Source: Vicugna vicugna (taxonomy: Eukaryota). From it: 64,000 nt of DNA. This document shows, piece after piece, positions 12,240 through 25,402 of this stretch. A model generated the notes under the pieces. The model had not been told where the DNA came from. It did no database searches and saw only the letters and a list, made by a program, of their open reading frames with translations. Position numbers and translations under genes: made by a program. The stretch is from positions 4,820,066 to 4,884,065 of the forward strand of contig MU058221.1 of assembly GCA_013265495.1 (NCBI GenBank), given 5' to 3'. How positions within the stretch are numbered: position 1 is the stretch's first letter; each line of letters starts with the position of its first letter.

Positions 12240-12932
12240 GAGCAATGGAAGACAGGTGGCAGCACTTACCTGCTTGAAGCCGGGGGGGGGGGGGTTTGCA
12301 ATTAGCAGAGGAAGCAGCAAGGCTGAAGTGGCAGCCGACGGTGGGTCAGAGCAGAAGGGAGTTATGGAGACGGTGACAGAGACATCTTGGCATAGCCACA
12401 GGCAAGGTAGCCAGCCAGCCAGCACAGGTACGACTCACACTGAAGCATCGAAAGAAATCGAGGACGGTGATGATGACCAAGAAGCCACACCCCCTTGCCT
12501 AATTTCTACGCTGAGCCAGTTTTTGAGCCTGGAACCCACTGATTAAAGAGGCTGGAACTCCAGGAAGAAGGACCCGGCGACACGTGACAGTTGAACACGG
12601 TAATGTTTCCTCTGGCCTTCTCCCTTAGGGAACTCTGGATATTTACTTGGGGAATTGGGCATCATGAGAAAAAAAAAAAAAGCCTAAACATTTGGAGGAC
12701 ATTTGCCCAAGACTCCCAGCTGACTTGGATAACCTGAGACCCAAAAGGTGATCACGGCCGCTTGTTAACAGACAGGAGCATGAAGGGCTGGGGAATAAAC
12801 GGCGATAAATGGGGTTCTGGCCCAAATCTAGTTCAGAGACAGTCCACCGAGTTTTGTTCTGCCCCGTGGTCACTTCTCCAGGCCCCCACTGTGTGTTAGG
12901 GATAGACGCACTTGACAGTTGGCTTAATCCCT
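12240..12932 (+). mobile_element. ERV-L internal fragment, gag end and protease (degenerate)
   Basis: Degenerate translations resemble ERV-L gag (GRQVAALT.., LSQFLSLEP) and protease (..PVVTSPGPHCVLGIDALDSWLNP, compare ERV-L PVVISPVPECIIGIDILSSWQNP). Confidence 0.7.
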
Positions 12933-12984
12933 AGAGTTCTTTTAATTACAGTGACTTGAATGGATATATAATGGCATCAAAATG

Positions 12985-14935
12985 TGTTTACTTTCCCAAA
13001 TTGACTAATGATATTCAGCGTCTTTCATATGCTTATTAGATATTCACATGTCTTCTTTGGTGAAATGTCTATTTTGCCCATATTCTAATTGACTTGTTTG
13101 TCTTCTTACTGAGTTCAGTTCTTTACACATTCTGGAAAGAAGTCCTTATCACATATAGGGTGTGCAAGTGAATTCTCACATCTGGTTTATCTTTTTCATT
13201 TTCTCAATAGTGTCTTTCACAGAGCAAAGGTTTTTAATTTTGATAAAGCTCCATTTTGACTGACTTTAAATTCATATAGCATAAAATTAATCATTGTAGA
13301 GTGTACAATTCAGTGGCTTTTAGTACATTCACAGTGTTGTAAAACCAACACCAATTTGTCTATTTTTCTCTCATTGCTCATGCTTTGATGTCACATTTAA
13401 GAATCCACTGACAAATCCAAGGCCATGAAGATTTCCCCTGGGTTTACTTCTAAACGTTTTATGGTTTTAGCACTTACTTTTAAGTGGTTGATCCATATTG
13501 AGTTAATTTTCATATGCGGTGTGAGACAAGGGTTCAAATTCCCTCCTTTGCAAGCGGGTATCTGGTTTTCCCAGCGACATTTGTTGAACAGACTATTCCT
13601 CTTGGCACCCTTGTTAAAATCAATTGCCTGTGAATGTATGGGCTTATTTCTGAACTCTCCATCCTCCCCCACTGCTCTGTATGTCAGTTCTATTCCTTGT
13701 GCTGGTACCAAACTGTTTTGACTTTCTGTTGTTTTGTTTTTTGAGGCGGGAGGTAATTAGGTTTGTCTGTTTGTTTGAATGGAGGTACTGGGGACTGAAC
13801 CCAGGACCTCTGCATGCTAAGCATGCTCTCTACCAAACTGTTTTGACTACTAGAGCTTTGTAGTAAGTTTTCAAATCAGGAAGTGTGAGTCCTCCAACTT
13901 TGTTCCTCGTTTTCCATACTGTTTTGTCTGTTCGGGGCTACTTGCAAATCCATGTGAACCTGAGGACCGGCTTTTCCGTTTCTGCAAAGAAGGCAGTTGG
14001 AATTTTAAGAGGCATTGCATTGGATCTCCAGATTGCTTTGGGTGGAATTGCCCTCTTAACAATGTTAAGTCTCCTATCCACGACGTCTTTCCATTTATTT
14101 TGGTTTTCCTTCATGCCCTTCAGCAATGCTTTGTGGTTTTCTGTGTACAAGTCCTTCACTCCCTTGGTTAAATTTATTTCTAGGTATTTCATTCTTTTGA
14201 ATGCTTGTGTAAATGCAGTTGTTCATCACTAGTATGGGAAAGCACAACTTGTTTTTGGGAGTGAATCGGGTACCCTGCAACGTTGCTGAGTTTGTTTATT
14301 AACACTAGCAGGCTTTTGTGAAGTGTTTGGATTTTCTCTACATAGAATCATGTCGTCTGCAAATAGTTTTACTGCGTCCTTTCCAATTTGGATGCCTGTT
14401 ATTATTATTATGCCTGATTCCCTTGGCTAGAACCTCCAGGACAATTAAATAGCATGGGGACGTGGGCATCCTGGTCTTATCACCGACTGTGGGGGGAAAG
14501 CCTTCAGGTTTCCATCGTTGCCTCCGATGTTAGCTGTGGATTTCTCATGAATGCCCTTCACGATGTTGAGAAATTCCTTTCTATTCCGAGTTTCCTGAGT
14601 GTTCTCATCAGGGAAGGCTGAGTCCCTACGTACAGTTCTTCCCGGTACATACCTAGGAGTGGAATTGCTTGATCATGTGCTAGTTCTGCGTTTAACATTT
14701 TCGGGGAGCACCTTACCGTTTCCCACAGCAGCTACAACATTTGACATCTGGAGCAACAATGCACCGGGGTTCTAATTTCTCCACATTCTCACCAACATTG
14801 TTATTTTCCATTAAAAAAAATTGCCATCTTCTTCTTTTTTTTTTTTAGCGATCTTAATTAAGGTGAAGCTGTATGTCAGTGTGGTTTTGGTTTACACTTC
14901 CCTAATGACGAGTAATGTGGAGCATCTTTTCGAAA
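12985..14935 (-). mobile_element. Cluster of old L1 fragments (ORF2 and 3' region)
   Basis: Minus-strand ORFs give L1 ORF2-like peptides (KYLEINLTKGVKDLYTENHKALLK, NAMPLKIPTAFFAETEKPVLRFTW, RNSLFNKCRWENQIPACK). Confidence 0.9.
13724..13830 (-). mobile_element. 5'-truncated tRNA-Ala-derived SINE inside L1
   Basis: Perfect 18-bp flanking repeat taccaaactgttttgact at 13706-13723 and 13831-13848; B box and tail present, 5' head missing. Confidence 0.88.
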
Positions 14936-16399
14936 GGCGCACAGAACCTGCCAGGGCCTGGGCGTTGGGCGGTGTCTTGGGCCAACAGCTTGGAGCAGTA
15001 ACTGGAACTACACAAATTCTGACATCCGGACCCTGTGGAGACGGGGCCAGAAGTGGGCAGGGAGAGACAGGGGCAGGGACTGAGATGAGATGGAGCCATC
15101 GGATCCTCTGACTCACCTGCCCTTCACTGGCAGCGGAGCTGAATTTAAATTTTTATTTAACAAATATTTATTTAGGACTGACTGTGTGTCAGTAAAAACT
15201 TTGTACCCGTTAGCTCGTTTAATCTTATTACGCTTATTAATTCCATTTTCACACATGAGAATTCCAAAGCACAGAGAGATTAAGTATTTTGCCCCAATTC
15301 ACCCAGGAAAAGGATGCAGATACTGTCAGCCAGCCTTCAGAGTCCTTGCTCTCGATCACTGGGAGAGAAATAGTCACCTTCCAAACTAGAAGTGCCTACT
15401 GTTTTCCCTGAGTTTGAGAGTAACCAAAGAGACACAAAAACACCTGAACGATGTAAAAGGGCATAAACAGAAAAGGAAAATGAGCCCATGTATGGACAGA
15501 GGGATGTAGGTACAGAGTCTTCAGCTAGTTTTCAACATGACGTATAAAAACCAGCTCTGGGGAGATTAAATTAGCAAATCCAAATGACGACAGCCAGGCT
15601 CAGTGTCACAAGACTGGGGAGCGGGAAGGGGTGGGTTCGGACGGGGAGGAAGCGTTGGGAGTGGTACACAGTAGCCAGGGGGGGCTCTAGAATGGAAGGC
15701 AGCGAAGGGCATGTACCAGGGGGTCTGAGGAGACCCACAGGCCAGGGGATGGGAAGCTTCGGGACTTAGGAATATTCCAGGCCTGCTACTGGGCCCGTGG
15801 GAGCAACACCTCGCTCTTGGCCATGGGCACAGGTGGGCACTGAGCTGGCAGGAGGCAGGGGACACCCAGCTCAGGTGGATCGACCCCCTCTCCTCCACGC
15901 TCCCAGCCCGCTGATGGGTCTGGGGGTGGCAGGGGAGCGTGAACTTTCCTAGATCCCCCATCCAGCATGCCTTAATGAGCCCCATGGGAGCTCCAGCTGT
16001 CAGTCACCCTGGCTCCCTGCCCAACCTTCATCTTAGGGAAGAGACTGATGAGAAGGGATACTGGGCATAGCGGCAGCAGGTCCGTCCAGCAACTGGCAAC
16101 GTTGCAGAGAGGCCGTTGCCTCCCCGAGGCCGGGGGATGAGGATCCTGGGCTCCAACAACAGGTTGAGCCCCTGAGCAATCGTGCTGTTTCCCTTTCCTG
16201 ACATTTCTAGGAAGGCCTAGACTGCTTTATCCCTTAGGGTTCCTGCCGAGTTTGGTGTTTCTGGGGGGATCGAAAGCTTGCCAGCCTGTGGCAGGTCAGG
16301 CGGTGCCCTTACAAGATGCGCAACGAGAGCCTAGGAGGAGGCCTGATGTCCGGGTCTGTGGCGGCCTGCTTAAGTCTGCTGGTTTCAGGAAGAGTCAGC

Positions 16400-17500
16400 T
16401 GGTCCAGCAGCCCAGTTCAGGAGAGAGCATTACATGAGATGCGAACACTCAGAGGCAGGGAATATTGGGGTCCCTCTGAGAAGCTGCCAAACACAGCCCA
16501 CCTTCTGGCCTTCAGGGATTCAGGTCCCTGTCACATGCAAACTCCATTCTCTCCTTCCCAAGGCCCCTCAGTCTCCTCCCATTACAGCATCAGCTCAGAA
16601 GTCCAGAATTTCAGGATCTAAATCAGGTCCAGCTGTAGATGAAGCTCCTCAGGTGTAGTTCCAGCTCTCAGATGTGGCTCCTCTCTCTCTGGATTCGTGA
16701 AACTGAAAAGATGAGTTATTTGCACACTTCTCCCCACCACCCCGTCACAGTGGTGGGACAGACGTAGGGTAACTGCTGTAGACATTTCTGTTCAAAAACC
16801 AAGAAGATGAAGGGCGAAGGAAATTGTTGGTCCATGGAAATTCCAAAATCCAACTGGCTAGACCTTGCAAGTTCCTTGATTAATTTTCAAGGCGTGGGAA
16901 TGATTGTCCATGACTTTTGGCTGCACCCTGTAGGCTCTGGGCTCCACCTCCGAGCCCACCCTTCCTTTGTCACGATGGGTAGTGCGCGTTTACACCTGAA
17001 TAATTTACTCAGCCTGCTTCCTTTCAGCAAAATTTTGGAGTTCCAACGGCCTTTTTTCACTTTGTACATCTGTTTTTTCAGCCCAAGCCAGTAGTGTCTC
17101 CACTTACATAGTTTTCTCAAAATCTCTGTGGGTCTCCTTTGAATCTCACTGGGGCTCACCCCATTTAACAGAAATGACTCCCACAGATCTCTTTAAGACT
17201 AGCCCTTCTCTACCTTGGGCTCCTGCTGGGGGACAGAGCTCATAAGTGTCCTAGAGGTCCTATTGTTTGATGGGAGAGGGTCTGGAAGGAATACCCTAAT
17301 TCTCCTGAAAAGGCTTTTTATGTGACTGAATAATACTCTGACTTTTTCCATCTTTTTGAGCTCTTCACAAAAGGTCGTGTAGTCCTACCCTGGTTTATTG
17401 CCAGACCGTGTTGTCCTGGGAGCGCTCAGAAGCCATTTCTTTAGCATAGTTTGTCATCCTCAAGAGACTGAGAACTTTGAAAACCAACAAGTCCTGGCTC
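16400..17500. mobile_element. Probable MaLR (MLT1) internal sequence remnant
   Basis: Resembles MLT-int consensus from memory (caggtcc..gtagatgaagctcct, agacatttctgttcaaaa, gtccatggaaattccaaaatcca); not verifiable without RepeatMasker. Confidence 0.45.
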
Positions 17501-17503
17501 CTC

Positions 17504-17662
17504 TTTTTTTTTTTTTAATTGAAGTATAGTTGATTCACAATGTTGTGTTAGTTTCAGGTGCACAGCAAAGAGATTCAGTTATACATATATATACATAATT
17601 CTTTTTCAGATTCTTTCCCATTATAGGTCACTACAAGATACTGAATATAGTTCCCTATGCTG
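17504..17662 (-). mobile_element. L1 3' tail fragment
   Basis: polyT followed by aattgaagtatagttgattcacaatgttgtgttagtttcaggtg...atagttccctatgctg. Confidence 0.85.
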
Positions 17663-18925
17663 CGTTAGGCTTTCTTGAGTCTGCCTGATGAGCTTTCAAG
17701 TGTAACTACTAAAAGAATGGCTTAAGTGTAAACAACTTCTCAACTACTAGAAGGAAAAAATAGAATAAGAAAACAAAATTTAAAATCGTTGTTTCAAAAA
17801 GACAAAAGAGGGGAAAAAAATGAAACAGCATCTTACTGGGCTTTTAATTTGGATCTCCCTGAATTTTAATGAGAAACATTTCATACATGTGTGAGCCACT
17901 CATGGATTTCTGCTTTTTTTTTTTGCCCATTTTTCTTTTGGATTCAGATTCTACCCCATCTTATTTACCTGTGGGAGTTCTTTATATGCTCACCTTACAA
18001 ATCTTTTAGTCAGTATGTGTGCTGTGAACACCTTCTTCCTTTCTGAAATCCAGTCAAGCAACAACATTGTTGGGTCAGACGTTTTTGGAATGATCTTTGG
18101 AGGCTATGGAAATTTTTTAAAAATCAAAGTAATACATGCACATAGTTTAAAACATCAAACAATGACTAAAAGTCTATAATAAAGTCGCTAATCTGCTGGT
18201 TCTCCCCTCCTCTCCCCTTTTGTCCTCTCCCCAACTCCCTAGAGGCAATCACTTTCAATTGTTTTCATTTTTTGTGAGCATGTACCTCTGTATTTTTAAA
18301 TAACATGCACGCTCTGTCATCGCTTAATAACCAGTCTTGTTCATTATTCATTCACTATTCACCGACATCCCATTGTGGCAGAAAGGGACTTCAGCTCTCT
18401 CAAACCCACCCTCCCCACATCCTTCTCTCCTTTCAGTATGTCACCATTTTTGGTGAAATTGATAATCAGGGTTTCCATTATCATGACTAGGAAGCTCTGT
18501 TCACAGCTAAGCCAGGTGGAGTATTAAGATTACATTTCCTTTCTGACACAGCCTTTCGGGTTTGCATCATTCTTTCTCATTTGTTTAGTTTTCTCTGAAT
18601 CTCTGGCCAAGTCTTCCCCCACATTCCCCCAACTCTATGCAATGCCTCTTAGTACGATCTTCCATAGGGTCGAACGTCTCCCGTCCGCTCTTTCCAGGAG
18701 ACACCCATCCCAGAGGCCTCGTCCTCTGTCCTCCAGTCTGAACTGGCTGGTTTCTAGGTGTGAGGCGTAGCAGCCTTCTGAGAAAGGACACATTCTTTTG
18801 TGTGATTATTTGCTGGTTGGGCCATTTTTCACTTTGAAAGTCTGACACCTTTGTTTCATGGACACTTAATCGATAGTTTGGGTAGGCCTGGGATGAGCTC
18901 TTGGGTTAAAAAGCATTCTCACCCA

Positions 18926-19061
18926 AGGAGGAGGGTACAGCTCGGTGGTAGAGTGCATACCTAGCACGCACAGGGTCCTGGGTTCAATCCCCTGTACCTC
19001 CATTAGATAAATAAATAAATAAAACGAATTACATCCCCACTAAAAAATAAAAAAAAAAATG
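18926..19061 (+). mobile_element. tRNA-Ala-derived SINE
   Basis: gggtacagctcggtggtagagtgc...gggttcaatcccctgtacctcc plus A-tail; degenerate TSD aaaagcattctcaccca / aaaggcattgtcaccca. Confidence 0.87.
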
Positions 19062-19130
19062 AAAAGGCATTGTCACCCAGTATTTTGGAAGTGACTCTCC
19101 ATTGCCTTTTATCTTTCAATACTATCATTC

Positions 19131-19240
19131 CTTTTTTCATTTTTGTTTTGTTTTGTTTTGTTTTAGTAGAGGAACTGGGGATTGAACCCAGGAGCTGGTG
19201 CATGCTAAGCAGGCCTCTGCCCCTGAGCTATACTCTTCCC
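19131..19240 (-). mobile_element. tRNA-Ala-derived SINE
   Basis: gaggaactggggattgaacccagg...ctgagctatactcttccc with T-rich tail; degenerate TSD tactatcattc / tgctgtcattc. Confidence 0.85.
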
Positions 19241-19834
19241 TGCTGTCATTCTTTTTAAAAATGAAAGATCATCCTATTCTAACTTAATGAACGCAATATC
19301 TTCTCTCTCTAAGAATATTAATTACAATTTCTTTGAGATGTTTCTCTGCTCGGCCATCTTGGACTTAAAAGTCCCCTCTGTCCTACAGTCAAAATTAAAC
19401 TGTAAATTGGCGTATATGCTGTTATTTAGCCTCAAGTCCCCACAGTGGAGGTCCTTGAAATGATCCTCAAACTTCAGTGTCCATCCCAACCCCCCGAGGA
19501 GTTTCTAAAAACTGCACGTCCCACACCAGATGCGCTGATGCCCTGGATCTGGGGCGGGGCTCAGGAATGTAAGCCCTCAAGGGATTCGCACCGAGTGACT
19601 CCCCTCGGAAGGAGTTCTGCCTCTGGGTGTCGGGAATGAAGTCAAATTACAGTTCTGGCTCTGTCTCGGCCCTGCAATTTACTTCGCCCTTGTGGGCCTC
19701 AGTTTCCTGGTCCCCACAGCAGAGATAACGGCTGCCTGCCTTCCTCATCCCGTGTTATGCAGACCAATAGGCATGATGTCCCTGAAAATCTCTGTAAACC
19801 ACGCAGCCCTCTCAGGATGGCAGGGAGGACTGTG

Positions 19835-19986
19835 GAGGGAGGGTGTAGCTCAAGGGGTAGAGTGCATGCTAGGCATGCAGGAGGTCCTGGGTTCAATCCC
19901 CAGTACCTCCTTCCTCTAGGAATAAATGAATAAACCTAATTTCCTCCTCCCATAAAAAAAAAAAAAAGGAAGGAAGGAAGAAAGGA
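19835..19986 (+). mobile_element. tRNA-Ala-derived SINE
   Basis: gggtgtagctcaaggggtagagtgcatgc..gggttcaatccccagtacctcc, A-tail and (GAAG)n; perfect TSD agggaggactgtg at 19822-19834 and 19987-19999. Confidence 0.9.
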
Positions 19987-20679
19987 AGGGAGGACTGTGA
20001 CAATTCGTGCTGCACGACCAGCTGTGGTGGGTGTTCAAGTCCGACCACAGGCCAAGTGGTGCGACCTGGCCTCAGCAGCTCGAGTTTGGACTCAGTGGTT
20101 CTCAGTCTTGTCTGACCATCAGACCCACCTGTCGACAGCAGGCACCACCTCTGGAGATTATGATCTAATCGGTCTGGAGGGGGCCCGAGCATCCGGATGT
20201 TTTAAGACGCTTCCTGCATGATTCCCACATCAGCCGAGGCTGAACCACAGGCTAGGTCATCTGGAAGGCCTCTTCAGCCAATTCTAAAAATAATCCAGGG
20301 CCTGCTGGGACCGCCAGGCCAGAGACACAGATGGTGGTACCGGATGGGCTGGGGCTACCACAGCAGTTCTTGGCTCCCCCATCTCTGCTCAGCTCCAGCC
20401 AGACCCTCTCCACACCAGCCGAGCTCTCAGTTTGCCGTGGGGAGAGCAGCTCAGGCTATGAGGGGTCACAGCTGTGCACCTGGCAGGCCGCCCCAAGACA
20501 TGGTTCGATGCAGCCTTCCGAGAACGGGGCAGGTGGCTGTGGGGCTGTGGTGGAGGGTGCCAGCTGTCCGGGGGGCCAGCTTGGTGCTGAAGTGTTTGTA
20601 AACCTTGGGGGATGAGGGCTTCCAGCTGGGGGAGGGGATACTGCCTTTAAGTTTTTTTTTCTTTAAATATCTTTTGAAA

Positions 20680-20836
20680 ACAACAGGGTCCTACGGTACA
20701 GCACAGGGAACTATATTCAATATCTTGTAATAACTTATTATGAAAAAGGATATATATATGCATAACTGAATCACTATGCTGTACGCCGGAAACTAACATG
20801 ACGTTGTAAATCAACTATACTTCAATTAAAATAAAA
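20680..20836 (+). mobile_element. L1 3' tail fragment
   Basis: aacaacagggtcctacggtacagcacagggaactatattcaatatcttgtaataac...caactatacttcaattaaaataaaa. Confidence 0.85.
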
Positions 20837-22674
20837 GTCTTCTGAATTTATTAAGAGAACACATGATCATTATTTAAAAAAAACACACACACTTCAAAAA
20901 TACGTAATAAGGTAAGAAAAAAAAAACAAACCCCAAATCACACCTAATACTACCATCCAGCGATAATCTCTGTTAATATTTCGGAATATTTCCAAATGTC
21001 TATTCATGTCATGACCCTGACAGTGATGTGTTAAATGTCTACGCCAGGGCAGGCAAGAACGGAGCCTCGCACGGACTACCTCGGGAGAGCGCCACGGGAC
21101 ACAAGGGGGTAGGTACTCCTGTGACTCTGTCCTTGTAGACAGAGAAACAGGCAAGAGATCTGCCCGCGGTGCCCAGATCTGTCCGGCTCTAGCGTCCCAC
21201 CACTCTTTCCTGCCAGCCACTAAAGCAGATGCAAGGGCACATGAGAGGCATCCTTCAAAAGAGAAAGTTCTGTGTCCTTTTTCCCCTTAATATCTCCTGA
21301 TGTTCCCCCCAAATCATTGAAATGCTTCTGTCACTTACTAGTCATCAAAGAAAAGCCCCATTTTTCACATGGCACATTGATGACATTTTAACTTACTACA
21401 CACACGCTGTGTTCAAATGCCTTGACTCAGGAACTCCATTTCTAGAAACTTACCCTAAGAGGGGAGCGGTGGAAGGTTTAGTTACAAAAGCGTCCACTGC
21501 AGCTTTCTTTAGCGCTGTGAAAAATGCTGTGCAAAGTAATTTGAATTGACTTTTATTTCAGAAAATGATGCCAGCCCTGAAAAATCACATAATGAAGTGT
21601 ACTTACTAGTACATAAAAATATTTCCGGTATATGGAAAGCAAAAGAGAGTAGGATTTGATCCCAATTTGTGAAGTTTGCATAATGAATCCCTGTGAATTA
21701 AATGACAGTTCAGTCTTCCTGTTACCCAAAAAAAATTAAAAGAGGGGAACAGAATCTCTCCAAATGTGTAGGGCATGTTTAGGATGGGCTGAATTCAAAT
21801 ATAGGTTTATGGCACACTGACAGTTCCCTCTGTGGGTAGGAGGGCCTGCCGGACTGCGGAGACAGGCAGACAAGTTTAAGGAGAGACCTGTGTGAGGGCC
21901 AGAAGGGACCTGCCCAAGTAAAACCCTGAGTCAGGGCCAAGAAACTGGTTTCAGACATGTGCCCCAAAGCCACCGTGCCAAGGACAGAGCCTCGGAGTTG
22001 CAGGTGCCAATTTGCAAGCAAGTTGCTTCTCCCACGGGGAACCGTGAGGTGCGGCTCCCCAGAGAGCAGGAGAAGGCTGTGTTTATGTCAGTGATGGTTA
22101 ATAGCACCCCTGAGCAATGCTGGACAGGCCAGGGTTTGCAACTGTGCGTAGGAACGGCCAACAAACACTTCAGTGTTACCAATTGTATCTCTGAATGGAG
22201 GGATCAACCAATAATTTTGTATTTTTTGATATTTCTGTATTTTCTACATTTTTTATCCTGAATATATATTACTTTTAAATAATCTTAAGGAAAATGTCAA
22301 ATATACCAAAAGTAAAGAGACTACATGTCCATCAGTCAGCTTCAACTGTCCTCAACATTCTGCCAATCTTACTTCATGTATCCATTCACCAACTTTTTTT
22401 TTTTCTGGGGTATTTTAAAGCAAATTCCAATTGTCCCATCTTAGGCCAGTGGAAGCCCCTTCAAGTTGTCTCCTGTGTCCTTTTCAAATGGCTCCATTAG
22501 ATGCTTTCTGATGCAATAAGATGTCCCTGCGCTAGGAGACAATGGACATGAAAAAGTTAATCTTTATGATGAAAGATATTTATGAATGGGTTTTACATGG
22601 GTTGGTAACTTGAGGTGTTCTGTTCCGTCTTTGTGTATCATCTGTGGTGATCAACTCGCACATTCAGCAATGGC

Positions 22675-23018
22675 TCTTGGTCCATTTGGATGGTTCTAAC
22701 AGACTGCCATAGACCAAGTGGCTTGTAAACAGCAGAAACTTACTTCTTACAGTTCTGGAGGCTGGGAAGTTCAAGGTCAAGGCACCAGCACATTCGGTGA
22801 GACCCACTTCCTGTTTCACAAACAGCTGTCTTTTCACTGTGTGGACGTGAAGGCGCAGGAGAAGGGTCTCTTTTATAAGGGCATTCATCTCATTCATGAG
22901 GGCCCCACCTTCAAGACCTGATCACCTCCCAAAGGCCCCACATCCAAATACAATCACACCGGGCATTAAGACTTAATGTATGAATTGTGAGGGGACACAA
23001 ACCTTTCGTCTATTGCAG
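22675..23018. mobile_element. MaLR solo LTR (MLT1A-like)
   Basis: acagttctggaggctgggaagttcaaggtcaagg...ctcttttataagggc..catgagggccccacc..atcacctcccaaaggccccac..ggggacacaaac. Confidence 0.75.
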
Positions 23019-23278
23019 GCTGCAAACTTGAAAGGCGCTTAACTACAGATAACAACTATTTGACAAGTAAAGGGGCTAATTATTGTTACTGGCTACTGGG
23101 ATCTCCAAAGAGAATAAAGTTTTTATTTAAAAAAGTCACAAACAGTGAAAAGGCTCCAAAAGCAAATTATTTAGTAGCAGGATTTGTTACCCAGGGGAAA
23201 AAAAAGTCATACTGTTGGTGAGAATCTAGTAATTCCAGATATAAGATGAAAGTTGTCTGAACTCTAAAACAAGATACA

Positions 23279-23418
23279 GGGGGAGGGTATAGCTCAAATG
23301 GTAGAGCACATGCTTAGCATGCACAAGGTCCTGGGTTCAATCCCCAGTACCTCCACTGAAAAACTAAGTAAATAAACAAACCTAATTACCTCTTCCTGCA
23401 AAAACCCCCCACAAACCT
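23279..23418 (+). mobile_element. tRNA-Ala-derived SINE (best-preserved copy)
   Basis: gggggagggtatagctcaaatggtagagcacatgcttagcatgcacaaggtcctgggttcaatccccagtacctcca plus tail; degenerate TSD aaaacaagatacag / aaagcaagttacag. Confidence 0.9.
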
Positions 23419-23629
23419 AAAGCAAGTTACAGTATGAGAAAATGCAAAGATTCTCTTCCCCCCAAATCCAGTTGGGCACTGTGTTGATGGCAGTCATGTG
23501 ATGCCAAAGAGGTTTTGTGCAATACACTGAATCAACAACATCTCTGTCCAGGCTGGTGAGTCAACAGGTTTCCCCAATAAATATCACAACTTAACATTTG
23601 TGATATTTGTAAATAATAGTAGATTTCAA

Positions 23630-24395
23630 GACCATTTTTTTTCTGCTGCAAAGAGCTGCTGCATAATCCATTAAGAAGATACAACAATTGTAAACACATA
23701 TGCAGCTAACAAAGAGCTCCAAAATACATGAAGCAAAAAAAATGACAGAATTGAAAAGATATACGGACAATACAGCAATAACAGGTGGAGATTTCAATAC
23801 TCAATTTTCAACAATGGGTAGAACAACCTGAAAGATTAACAAAGAAAAATATTTGAGCAGCACTATAAACCATGTGGAGCTAGCAGACATCTGCAGACCA
23901 CTCGCCCAGCAACGACAGAAGGGAGCTTCCCCAGTGCACACGGAGCATCCTCGAGACAGATCACACGCTAGACCATAAAGCAAACCGCAATCAATTTAAA
24001 AGGGTGGAAATAATATAAAGTATGTTCTCCAACTACAATGAGATGAAGTTAGAACCCAGTGGCAGAAAGAAATTTGGGACACTCACAAATATGTGAAAAT
24101 TAAACAACACAGTCCTAAGTAACAACTGGGTCAAAGGCGAAACCAAAAGAAAAATCAGAAAATATTTAGAAATGATAGAAAACAAAGACACAACAAAGCA
24201 AGAGAACTGTATTCGATATCTTTTAATAACCTATAATGGAAAAGGATCTGAAAAAAAATATATATATATATCGAGTCACTTTGCTATACACCTGAAACTA
24301 ACACAATGTTGTAAATCAATTATACTTCAACTATATATATATATATATACATATGTATATATATATACACAAACAAATATTTAAAAAAGAAAAAA
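23630..24395 (+). mobile_element. L1 ORF2 endonuclease-region fragment joined to an L1 3' tail with (TA)n
   Basis: Degenerate EN motifs (aacacatatgcagctaac = NTYAAN, ggagatttcaatac = GDFN), then an L1 tail from ~24200. Confidence 0.8.
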
Positions 24396-25041
24396 GTTTG
24401 CCTATAAAGCCATTTTTAGTTTTCAGTGGCAGAAAAAAAGCCCCCACACGCCATATATCACACCTCATTAACATCTTATATAGTAGAAATTTGTAATAAG
24501 ACTTTAGATCTTCTTGAATAATGTAAAATACTCATGTGGGAAACATTTTCTAAATGAAAGGCTGGGGATTCCTTTACCAACACTAGTGACTTGCACTGGA
24601 GTCGAAATCCTTTGTGATTGGAAGATCCACAAAAAAAAAAAGACTGTGCTAGTAAGTTAAGCAAAATGCATAGGCCACAGGGGGGAAAAATAACATTCTC
24701 TACTCGAAAGAGCATTGTCAATTATTCTGGACGATTATATTTACATTTCACAAATCATGCTAATGTACCGTGAGCTGTGGGTGTAATTTTTATGTAAGGT
24801 TTCCTGGGACCTAAAAATCATTTCAGGAGTTCCTCTGGAGTAAAAAAGACTGGGAAAGACTGCTCTGTGGGTAACCATTTGTGCTTTCATTTTTTTCTTT
24901 AGAAAAATATCAGCAAATACATTTATAAATTCACATTTCCACACTTTTCTCACCCAAAGGACAGCATACCGTGCACTATTCTGTCCCTTGCTCTCCCCCA
25001 CTTAGCAATGTATCTTGGAATCACTGCGTAGAGGTGGGTAG

Positions 25042-25402
25042 GTATCTCGGGCAGCTCAGGCTGCCATAACAAAAGACCATAGACCGGGTGGCTTATGCAA
25101 GAGAAATTAATTTTCTCACCGTTCTGGAGCCTGGAAGTTCAAGATCAAGATGCTAGCTTGGCAGATTTCTAGTGAGAGCTTTCCTCCTGGCTTGCAGATG
25201 GCTGCCTGCTCACTGGGTCCTCACAAAGCAAGCACAGTAAGCTCTTTGGTATGTCTTCTCATAGGGGCCCTTCTTATAGGGCCCCACCCTCAAGCCCTCA
25301 TCTAAACTCAATCACCCAAAGGCTCCGTCTCCAAATACTATTACGTTGAAGGGAAGGGCTTCAACATATGAATTTTGAGGGGACACGATTCAGTCCAGAG
25401 CA
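25042..25402. mobile_element. MaLR solo LTR (MLT1A/B-like)
   Basis: gggctgccataacaaaagaccatagaccgggtggctta..ttctggagcctggaagttcaagatcaag..gggcttcaacatatgaattttgagggggacacgattcagtcca. Confidence 0.75.

Noticed and set aside
23285..23356. tRNA-Ala(AGC)-like gene
   Set aside because: Has the SINE 5' extension, tail and TSD, a mismatched anticodon stem, and seven similar copies in the window; it is a SINE, not a tRNA gene.
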